NCBI GenBank assembly: GCA_964588985.1 | Contig: CAZPQW010000006.1 | Coordinates: forward strand, 1-64,000 | DNA length: 64,000 nucleotides | DNA from: an uncultured Solirubrobacteraceae bacterium | Lineage (GTDB): Bacteria > Actinomycetota > Thermoleophilia > Solirubrobacterales > Solirubrobacteraceae | Direction: 5' to 3' | Made by a program: the position numbers and the translations under genes | Notes under the pieces: generated by a model | What the model saw: the letters and a program-made list of their open reading frames with translations, nothing else | Database searches by the model: none | Told to the model about the DNA's origin: nothing | Shown here: positions 56,731 to 64,000 of the stretch, one piece after another | How the letters are laid out: each line of letters starts with the position of its first letter | How positions within the stretch are numbered: the stretch's first letter is position 1

Positions 56731-57675
56731 TTGAGCATCGTCTACCTCGGCACGTCCGAGTTCGCCGCACACATCCTCGAGCGTCTCGCGCGCAGCGAGG
56801 AGCACCGCCCGGCGCTAGTCGTCACACGCCCGGACCGGCCGAGCGGCCGCGGCCGTCGGGTCACCTCCCCGCCGGTGGCCGAGGCCGCGCGCGCGCTCGG
56901 TCTCGCGCTCGAGCAACCCGAGAGAGTCAACGACGAGGCCGCCCGGGAGTCGATCGCGCGGGCGGGGCTCTCCGCGCCGTCGCGCCAGACGGTGATCGTG
57001 TGCGCGTTCGGCGCCCTGATCAAGGAGCCGCTGCTCTCCGAGCACGAGATCCTCAACGTCCATCCCTCGCTGCTGCCTCGCTGGCGCGGCGCCGCCCCGG
57101 TCGAGCGGGCGATCATGGCCGGCGACGAGACCACGGGCGTGTCGATCATGCGCCTCACCGCCGGTCTCGACAGCGGCCCCGTGTGTCTCGCCGAGCGGGA
57201 GCCGATCCGTCCCGAGGACACCTACGGCTCGCTCGCGCAGCGGCTGCGGGAGCTCGGCGCGGATCTGCTCCTGCGCGCCCTGCGCGACTCGCCGCCATTC
57301 AAAGAGCAGCCCGAGGACGGCGTCACCTACGCCGAGAAGATCACGGGCGAGGACCGCCAGCTGGACCCGAACCGGCCGGCCGTCGAGTTGGAGCGCACGG
57401 TGCGCGCCCTGCAGCCGCAGGTGGGGGCGCGGGTCGCGCTCGCCGACGGGACGCTGATCGGAGTTCATCGCGCCGTGCTCCTGGAGGGCGAGCAGTCCGA
57501 GCTTGCGGTGAGCGCCGGCGCGCATACGGCCCCGGGCGTCTTCGCGCACGAGGGGCGGCTGCTGCTCGGCTGCTCGCCAGGGCTGCTCGAGCTGCTCGTC
57601 GTGCAGCCGCCGGGCGGGCGCGCGATGGACGCCGCGGCGTATCTACGCGGTCACGGGGCGCCCGGGCGCGCGTAG
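56731..57675 (+). CDS. fmt: Methionyl-tRNA formyltransferase
   Basis: YLGTSEFA, VVTRPDRP.GRG, NVHPSLLPRWRGAAP, LDSGP. Confidence 0.95.
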   Translation: MSIVYLGTSEFAAHILERLARSEEHRPALVVTRPDRPSGRGRRVTSPPVAEAARALGLALEQPERVNDEAARESIARAGLSAPSRQTVIVCAFGALIKEPLLSEHEILNVHPSLLPRWRGAAPVERAIMAGDETTGVSIMRLTAGLDSGPVCLAEREPIRPEDTYGSLAQRLRELGADLLLRALRDSPPFKEQPEDGVTYAEKITGEDRQLDPNRPAVELERTVRALQPQVGARVALADGTLIGVHRAVLLEGEQSELAVSAGAHTAPGVFAHEGRLLLGCSPGLLELLVVQPPGGRAMDAAAYLRGHGAPGRA

Positions 57676-58343
57676 GCGGACGCGTGCGGCGGAGGCTCGA
57701 TCCCGGCGCGCAGCCGCGGGTCGGCCTGGAGCGCGCCGATGCGCGTGACGAGCGGGATCACGCCGGCCCACGCGTCCAGCGCGTAGTCCTCCTCGTCATC
57801 CATCGGCGGACCCGTGCGGATCTTCGCGGAGGCCTGCTCGATTCCCAGCTCCAGCACGGCGGTCGCCTTCAGCTCGTTCGCGCTCGGAGGGCGCACGTGC
57901 GCCCAGCGCCCGGGCACGATGTGCTCGACGACCGCCTCGAGCGCCGTGAGCTTCTCCTCGGGGTCATCCAGCACGCGCGCGGAGCCCATCACGACCACCG
58001 AGCGGTAGTTGGCCGAGTGGTGCATCGCCGAGCGGGCGAGCACGAGCCCGTCGATCAGCGACACGGTCAGGCACGCCGGCGCGCCCGTCGCGAGCGCCTT
58101 CAGCGTGCGGCTGGCGACCGCGCCGTGGCAATAGAGGACGTCGCCGCGGCGCGCGTGCAGGGTGGGGGTCACGATCGGCTGTCCGTCCGGCTCGACGATG
58201 CCGAGGTGCGCGATCAGCGCCTCGTCGAGGATCGCGTCGATCGTGGCGCGGTCGTAGCTGCCGCGTTCGCGCTTGCGCCGCAGACGCACGCGATCGGATG
58301 GTGGCTCGGTCGTGGCGCGGGGCTCGGATGCGGAGGAGGACAC
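57651..58343 (-). CDS. Pyridoxamine 5'-phosphate oxidase-family (NimA-like) flavin-binding protein
   Basis: RGSYDR..IDAILDE, DGLVLARSAMHHSANYRS, SAKIRTGPP, WAGVIPL. Confidence 0.88.
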   Translation of the reverse strand: MSSSASEPRATTEPPSDRVRLRRKRERGSYDRATIDAILDEALIAHLGIVEPDGQPIVTPTLHARRGDVLYCHGAVASRTLKALATGAPACLTVSLIDGLVLARSAMHHSANYRSVVVMGSARVLDDPEEKLTALEAVVEHIVPGRWAHVRPPSANELKATAVLELGIEQASAKIRTGPPMDDEEDYALDAWAGVIPLVTRIGALQADPRLRAGIEPPPHASAYARPGAP

Positions 58344-58357
58344 AACGCTCCCTTCAA

Positions 58358-58373
58358 TCTGTAATAGTACAGA
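58358..58373. promoter_or_regulatory. Palindromic operator between the divergent PNPOx-like and MocR genes
   Basis: TCTGTA-ATAG-TACAGA in a 33-bp intergenic region. Confidence 0.55.
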
Positions 58374-58376
58374 ATT

Positions 58377-59708
58377 ATGTCTGCACTGACACAGTATCGA
58401 ATCACGGCGAGCAGCGCTTCGGAGCTGGCGAACAGCATCGAGGCGGCGGTCGCCAGCGGCGAGTTCTCCCCCGGAGAGCGTCTTCCTTCTGTGAGGCGCC
58501 TGGCCGCCGAGGTCGGTCTCAGCCCCGTCACCGTCGCCGCCGGGCTCGCCGAGCTGCGCCGGCGCGGGGTGGTGGTGAGCGAACCGCGACGCGGAACGCG
58601 GATCGGCGACGCGCCTCCGATCGGCTCCTCACTGAGGCCGCTGCCGGTGCCGGTGGGCGCCCGCGACCTCTCGCGTGGCAACCCGGACCCGGCGCTGCTG
58701 CCGAACCTCGAGCGTGCGCTTGCTCACACGCGTCTTCCAGTTCACCTGTACGGCGATCCCGCGGATCTCCCCGAGCTGGTTGCGCATGCCCGCGAGCGGC
58801 TGCGGGCGGACGGCCTGCCGAGCGAGGAGCTGTGCGTCACGAGCGGCGCCCTCGACGCGATCGAGCGCGTGCTCCAAGCACACCTTCGCACCGGCGACAG
58901 GGTGGCCGTAGAGAGCCCCGGATACGCGGCGCTGTTCGACGTGCTGCGCGCTCACGGGCTCGTCACGGAGCCGGTCGAGGTGGACGACCGTGGGATGCTG
59001 CCCGAGAGGCTGCGCGACGCGCTGGCGAGAGGCGCGGACGCCGTGATCATCGTTCCTCGCGGACAGAACCCCACCGGGGCGGCGCTCGACCAAGCGCGCG
59101 CGCGGGAGCTGCGCGACGTGCTCGACGAGTTCCCGCGAGCGCTCGTCGTCGAGGACGACCATCTTGGCCCGGTGGCGGGCTGCGAGCTGCACACCACGCT
59201 CGGCGACCGCGAGCGCTGGGCCGCGACGCGCTCGGTGGCAAAGGCGCTCGGACCCGACCTGCGTCTGGCGATCCTGACCGGAGACCCCCAGACGATCGCG
59301 CGAGTGCAGGGACGTCAGCGGTGCGGGCCCGGATGGGTCAGCCACATCCTGCAGGCGCTCGTGCTCAGGCTGTGGACCGACCCGGTGGTGACCGAGCAGA
59401 TCGCCCGCGCGAGCGACACCTACGCGCGACGGCGAATGCTGCTGCTGGAGCGCCTCGGCGCGCGCGGCGTGCGCGCGCACGGCGCCTCGGGCCTGAACGT
59501 CTGGGTGCCTGTGGAGGACGAAGCGGTGGCGGTTGCGGCGCTGCTGCAACGAGGCTGGGTGGCGGCGCCCGGAGCGCCCTACAGGCTCACCGACGACGCC
59601 CCGGCGATCCGTGTGACCACGGCCACTCTCACGGAGCCCGAGGCCGAGCGGCTGTCGCTCGACATCGCCGAGATACTGCTCGCAGCCGGCCCCACCCGCA
59701 GCGGATAG
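58377..59708 (+). CDS. MocR/GabR family GntR-HTH plus PLP aminotransferase-domain regulator
   Basis: PGERLPSVRRLA, GNPDPALLP, QNPTG, EDDH, SVAKALGPDLR. Confidence 0.92.
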   Translation: MSALTQYRITASSASELANSIEAAVASGEFSPGERLPSVRRLAAEVGLSPVTVAAGLAELRRRGVVVSEPRRGTRIGDAPPIGSSLRPLPVPVGARDLSRGNPDPALLPNLERALAHTRLPVHLYGDPADLPELVAHARERLRADGLPSEELCVTSGALDAIERVLQAHLRTGDRVAVESPGYAALFDVLRAHGLVTEPVEVDDRGMLPERLRDALARGADAVIIVPRGQNPTGAALDQARARELRDVLDEFPRALVVEDDHLGPVAGCELHTTLGDRERWAATRSVAKALGPDLRLAILTGDPQTIARVQGRQRCGPGWVSHILQALVLRLWTDPVVTEQIARASDTYARRRMLLLERLGARGVRAHGASGLNVWVPVEDEAVAVAALLQRGWVAAPGAPYRLTDDAPAIRVTTATLTEPEAERLSLDIAEILLAAGPTRSG

Positions 59709-59710
59709 CC

Positions 59711-61018
59711 ATGATGAGCGCCATGACGACGACCTCCCCAGCCAAGATCGCGCCCGCCCGCAGCTGCGCGTACACGGTGCTGCGCCGCGTGTTCGAGCGC
59801 GGCGCGTACACCGACGAGGCGCTGAACGCGGAGTCCAGAGAGCTCGAGGCGCGCGACCGTGCGCTCGCGATGCGCCTCGCCTACGGCGCGGTTCAGCGCA
59901 GGGGCACGCTCGACCACCTGATCGAGGGGCTTGCCGGCCGTCCCGCCGCGCGACTGGACCCGCCGCTGCTGGCCGCGCTGCGACTCGGCATGTACGAGCT
60001 GCTGTACCTGCGCGGCTCGCCCGACTACGCGGTCGTCGGCGACGCCGTCGAGCTGGCCAAGCGCGACGCGCGCGCGGGGCACGGCCTCGTCAACGCGGTG
60101 CTGCGCCGCGCGGCGCGCGAGGGCGCGGAGGCGCTCCTCGGCGGGCTCGGCGAGGACACGCCCGAGCGCGCGGCGGTCAAGCACTCCCACCCGGAGTGGA
60201 TCGCGCGCCTGTGGTGGCAGGAGCTCGGCCCCGAGGACGCGCTCGCACTGATGGTCGCCGACAACGAGCCCGGCGAGGTCGCGCTGCGCGCCAACACGCT
60301 GCGCACCGACGCGAGCACGCTCGCCGCGGAGATCCCCGTGCGCACCCACCCGGACCCCGCGATCCCCGAGGCGCTCGTGCTCGAGGAGCCCTTCGACGTG
60401 CACGGCTCGCCGCTGTGGAAGACGGGCGCGTTCCACGCGCAGTCGCGCGCCGCGATGCTCGTAGCGCGCACGCTCGACCCGCAGCCGGGCCAGCGCGTGC
60501 TCGACCTGTGCGCCGCCCCGGGCGGCAAGACCACGCACCTCGCGGCGCTGATGGGAGGCAGCGGCGAGGTGCTCGCCGTCGAGAGCAACCGTCGCCGCGC
60601 CGGCTCGCTCGCGCGCACCGCCGAGCGACTCGGCGCGGGCAACGTGCGCGTAGAGGTCGCCGACGCGACGCTCGCGAGGCCCGAGGGCCCGGTCTTCGAC
60701 CGTGTGCTCGTCGACCCGCCGTGCTCGGGACTTGGGACGCTGCAGGCACGTCCCGACCTGCGCTGGCGCGTAACGCCCGAGGCGATCGCGGAGATGTCTC
60801 TCGTCCAGGCGAAGATCCTCGCCGTCGGCGCCGATGCGCTCTGTCCGGGAGGCGTGCTTGTCTACTCTACCTGCACGATCTCAACCGTTGAGAACGAGCG
60901 CCAGATCGCCGCCTTCCTGGATTCCCACCCCGACTTCGTCCTGGATGAGATGCTTAGCACGCTGCCGCACCGCGACCACACAGCCGGTTTCTTCATCGCC
61001 CGGCTGAGCCGGAGCTGA
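59711..61018 (+). CDS. rsmB: 16S rRNA m5C967 methyltransferase RsmB/Sun
   Basis: NusB-like N-terminus, SHPEW, DLCAAPGGKT, DPPCSG.G, YSTCT, GFFIARL; exact start uncertain. Confidence 0.93.
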   Translation: MMSAMTTTSPAKIAPARSCAYTVLRRVFERGAYTDEALNAESRELEARDRALAMRLAYGAVQRRGTLDHLIEGLAGRPAARLDPPLLAALRLGMYELLYLRGSPDYAVVGDAVELAKRDARAGHGLVNAVLRRAAREGAEALLGGLGEDTPERAAVKHSHPEWIARLWWQELGPEDALALMVADNEPGEVALRANTLRTDASTLAAEIPVRTHPDPAIPEALVLEEPFDVHGSPLWKTGAFHAQSRAAMLVARTLDPQPGQRVLDLCAAPGGKTTHLAALMGGSGEVLAVESNRRRAGSLARTAERLGAGNVRVEVADATLARPEGPVFDRVLVDPPCSGLGTLQARPDLRWRVTPEAIAEMSLVQAKILAVGADALCPGGVLVYSTCTISTVENERQIAAFLDSHPDFVLDEMLSTLPHRDHTAGFFIARLSRS

Positions 61019-61022
61019 CGCC

Positions 61023-61271
61023 ATGGATCCCGAGCAGGAGACGCCGCCCAAGACCTCGATCGACCTCGGGCCGCAGTGCCCGAACTGCGGCGAGCCGTGG
61101 CTGCGCCCCACGAACCTCCCCGGCCGCTACCGCTGCGTGTACTGCCTGCACCGCTTCGAGCTGACCTCCGTCTGCCCGAACTGCGGCGAGCACTCCACAA
61201 TCGTGCGGATGTCATCGACGGCGATCCTGAAGTGCAACAACTGCGGCGACTCCATGCTCCAGGCCGTATGA
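61023..61271 (+). CDS. Small double zinc-ribbon protein
   Basis: CPNC, CVYC, CPNC and CNNC in 82 aa; GGAG RBS; ATGA overlap with rpe. Confidence 0.8.
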   Translation: MDPEQETPPKTSIDLGPQCPNCGEPWLRPTNLPGRYRCVYCLHRFELTSVCPNCGEHSTIVRMSSTAILKCNNCGDSMLQAV

Positions 61272-61960
61272 GCCAGAGCACGCCTCGGGAGCTGCTGCGC
61301 GAGGTGCGCGTGGCGCCGTCGATCCTGTCGGCGGACTTCGGTCGGCTGCGAGAGCAGGTCGTCGACGTGCTCGCGGCGGGCGCTCGGGTGATCCACGTGG
61401 ACATCATGGACGGGCACTTCGTGCCGTCGCTGACGGTCGGGCCGCTCGTGGTGCAGGCGCTCTCGGAGACGGTGCGCGAGGTGGGAGCGATCCTCGACGT
61501 GCACCTGATGGTCGAACGCCCCGAGCGCCACGTCGCCGAGTTCGTCCGCGCCGGCGCGCACTCGATCACGTTCCACACCGAGGCCACCCCGCACATCGCC
61601 TACACCGCGAACCTGATCCGCGAGAGCGGCGCGTGCGTGGGCGTGGCGATCAACCCCGGCACGCCCGTGGAAGCGCTGATGGAGGTCGTCGGCCTGCTCG
61701 ACATGGCGCTGTGCATGACCGTCAACCCCGGCTGGGGCGGTCAGCCCTTCATCGCGCACTCGCTCGTCAAGCTGCCGCGCCTACGCAAGCTCGTCGGAGA
61801 GGACGTGGCGGTCGAGGTGGACGGCGGGATCGACGCGGAGAAGGCGCCGACGGTGCGTCGCGCGGGCGCGAACCTGTTCGTGGCTGGCTCGGCGATCTTC
61901 GGCGCCGCTAACCCCGGCGAGGCCTACAGCGCGATCGTCAACTCGCTCGCGCCGGCCTGA
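61268..61960 (+). CDS. rpe: Ribulose-phosphate 3-epimerase
   Basis: APSILSADF, HVDIMDGHFVP, DVHLM, MTVNPGWGGQ, EVDGGI, VAGSAIF. Confidence 0.96.
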   Translation: MSQSTPRELLREVRVAPSILSADFGRLREQVVDVLAAGARVIHVDIMDGHFVPSLTVGPLVVQALSETVREVGAILDVHLMVERPERHVAEFVRAGAHSITFHTEATPHIAYTANLIRESGACVGVAINPGTPVEALMEVVGLLDMALCMTVNPGWGGQPFIAHSLVKLPRLRKLVGEDVAVEVDGGIDAEKAPTVRRAGANLFVAGSAIFGAANPGEAYSAIVNSLAPA

Positions 61961-63371
61961 GCGTCTCCAGGCGTCTGCTGCCCTGCCGGTAGAGCGTGGC
62001 GAGGCTCAGCGCGAGCACGCCGGTCGCGCCCGCGTAGCCGATCTCCGCGCGCAGCAGCTGATCCGACACCGCCGGGATCAGCATCCAGGCGAGGAACACG
62101 ACCGCCGCCGCCATCCAGCAGCCCGCGGCCGCGCGCGCCCGGTCGCGCGCTAGCGCCGCCTGGTTGAGCGCGCCGGAGGCCAGGTGCAGCCCCATCCCGA
62201 CGCCGATCAGCGCGAGGCCGAAGCGGTTGTACTCATACGCCTGCCCGAAGAACACGTGGCGCAGGGCAAACGGGCCGACCACGAGCAGGCCGACCGCGAC
62301 CGCGGCCGCGAACGCTGCGATCGCGAGGACCGTGGTGCGGATCGCGCGCGCGAACGCGTCGTGCCCAGCGGTCGCCTCGAGGCCCGTGAGGTGCGGCAGC
62401 AGCGAGGTCTGGATCGCCTGGAACAGCTGCAGTGGGGCGCGCGCGATCAGCAGCACGTTGAACACGATCCCCGCGAGCGCCTTGTCCGGGGATGTCGCGT
62501 CGACCGTCAGCACCGCCGCGTTCAGCAACGTCTGCTCGGAGAGCATGATGCTCGACACCCACACCGCGAAGCCGCCCCCGCGGCGCAGCGAGAGCTCCTC
62601 GTGCGCGCTCACCTCCTGGACGCCCTCCGCGCCCGGGCCCGCGAGCGCCGCGTCGGCCTCGTCGACGGTGATCGGTGCGGCGAGCGCTTCGTCGCTGTGG
62701 GAGATGTGGTCGACGGAGCGCTCGGAGCCCTGACGGGCAAACGCCGCGGGCACGACCACGAGCGACACGAACGGCGCCGCCGCGATGCCGAGCGCCACCG
62801 CGGTCTGGCCGCTGGCGATGCCGACCGCGACCGCGACCGCGAAGCTGATCCGCGAGACCGACTCCATCAACACGAGGCCGCCGAACAGCGCGAAGCGCTC
62901 GTGCCCAGCCAGCCAGCCGCGCGCGAAGTAGCTGGCCGCGTAGGCGAGCGTGCCCACCACCAGCACGTCATACAGCGCGCCCTCGCCTTCGAATACGTGG
63001 TTCACCAGCTCGTCGTGCAGCGCGAGCGCCACCGCGAGGAAGACGAGCGCGAAGCTCCCCTGGATCAGCATCGGCACGCGCAGCTTGTGCGCAGCGTGCC
63101 CGCGTGCGCGGCGTTCGGCGATCGTGCGCGAGAGCAGCTGTTCGATCGGCCGGTAGATCACCGAGATGATCACGAACATCACCGACCACAGCAGGTCGAT
63201 CCGCTTCGCGGAGGCTTCCCCGAGGACGTGGCTCGCGATCGAGAAGTACGCGAACGTCAACAGGCCCGTCGAGGCGATCCCGATCGAGAGGATCCTTGCG
63301 CCGCTGCCGTATGAGCGCTTCGCCGGCGCGGGGGAGACCGCGGGGACCGACGGGCTCTTAGAGGCGGACAA
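61938..63371 (-). CDS. Multi-TM Wzx/MATE-like polysaccharide flippase (start approximate)
   Basis: About 12 hydrophobic segments in two halves with a central loop; follows the methyltransferase. Confidence 0.7.
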   Translation of the reverse strand: MSASKSPSVPAVSPAPAKRSYGSGARILSIGIASTGLLTFAYFSIASHVLGEASAKRIDLLWSVMFVIISVIYRPIEQLLSRTIAERRARGHAAHKLRVPMLIQGSFALVFLAVALALHDELVNHVFEGEGALYDVLVVGTLAYAASYFARGWLAGHERFALFGGLVLMESVSRISFAVAVAVGIASGQTAVALGIAAAPFVSLVVVPAAFARQGSERSVDHISHSDEALAAPITVDEADAALAGPGAEGVQEVSAHEELSLRRGGGFAVWVSSIMLSEQTLLNAAVLTVDATSPDKALAGIVFNVLLIARAPLQLFQAIQTSLLPHLTGLEATAGHDAFARAIRTTVLAIAAFAAAVAVGLLVVGPFALRHVFFGQAYEYNRFGLALIGVGMGLHLASGALNQAALARDRARAAAGCWMAAAVVFLAWMLIPAVSDQLLRAEIGYAGATGVLALSLATLYRQGSRRLETLRPARAS

Positions 63372-63981
63372 GCAACATCGTCCAGGGGAACGGCGAGCGG
63401 ACCTCGACGACCTCGCCGTGACGCGAGAGCAGCTCCACGAACGACCGCCGCGACCAGTGGTTGAGATGGCCCGGGGTGTTGCCCAGGTCCGACCAGTAGG
63501 CGCCGCGGGCCATGTTGAGCATCCGCCACAGCGGCTCGTGGGGCACCGACACGAGCAGGTGCCGGGCGGCGCAGCGCGCCATCTCGCCGACCGTGTGTTC
63601 CGGGTTGGGCACGTGCTCGAGGACCTCGATCGCGCACGCCAGGTCGAACTCGCCGTCCGCGAACGGCAAATTCTCCGCCTCCATAACGCGGTATTCGAGG
63701 TTCGGCGCTTGGCGCTCGCGCCAGCCGGCCTGGATCGACTCCTCCTCGAGGTCGATGCCGACGACGCGCGCGGAGCCCAGCCGCTGCGCCCACTGGTGCA
63801 CGAGCACACCCTCGCCGCAGCCGACGTCGAGCAGCGAGGTGGGTGCGGCCTTCGTGAACAGCTCCTCGAGGTTGCGCTCGAAGCCCGCCATCAGCCGTCG
63901 CACGACGGGGTTGCCCGAGCCGTACTTGTCGTAGGTGTTGCCCGTGACGACGCCGTCCTTGGAGACGGTCACCCCGCTCAC
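63358..63981 (-). CDS. Class I SAM-dependent methyltransferase
   Basis: LLDVGCGEG, LPFADGEFD, EVLEHV, SVP.EP. Confidence 0.9.
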   Translation of the reverse strand: MSGVTVSKDGVVTGNTYDKYGSGNPVVRRLMAGFERNLEELFTKAAPTSLLDVGCGEGVLVHQWAQRLGSARVVGIDLEEESIQAGWRERQAPNLEYRVMEAENLPFADGEFDLACAIEVLEHVPNPEHTVGEMARCAARHLLVSVPHEPLWRMLNMARGAYWSDLGNTPGHLNHWSRRSFVELLSRHGEVVEVRSPFPWTMLLVRL

Positions 63982-64000
63982 AGCCGGCCCGCCTCGATCG

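Noticed and set aside
63978-64000. 3' end of a minus-strand gene overlapping the methyltransferase start
   Set aside because: Only a few codons are in the window; it cannot be identified.

Overview
High-GC actinobacterial chromosome segment. Gene content and secreted-protein style suggest Thermoleophilia/Solirubrobacterales (inference). The housekeeping backbone comprises the dcw cluster (mraZ to ftsZ, lacking murD/ddl/ftsA), gcvT-H-PA-PB, trpS-scpA-scpB, rlmN/rluB, aroH-hisC-aroF-tyrA-aroA-cmk-der, metK-priA-def-fmt, a MocR regulator pair, rsmB-rpe and a flippase-like/methyltransferase pair. Two lower-GC, integrase-free islands (about 14.95-23.2 kb and 30.2-41.15 kb) interrupt it. Each carries the same uncharacterised three-gene secreted module: (A) a small Cys-containing beta-rich protein followed by a hairpin, (B) a beta-propeller protein and (C) a large protein with a four-fold repeated Cys domain. 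B and C are translationally coupled and end in basic tails with no LPxTG or TM anchor. An NHL-FN3 block sits on C in one island and on B in the other. This is my best candidate for an undescribed sortase-independent surface fibre/envelope system. Other notable signals: a diverged ~270-bp non-coding direct repeat bracketing island 1; a 27-aa Tyr/Trp/Phe leader peptide upstream of DAHP synthase; a nucleotidyltransferase toxin fused to a MazE-like tail followed by an 'MQRG' mazF stub; FtsR-like boxes at ftsZ; and many leaderless starts. No tRNA, rRNA, CRISPR array or transposase was seen. All calls come from reading the sequence; no searches were run.
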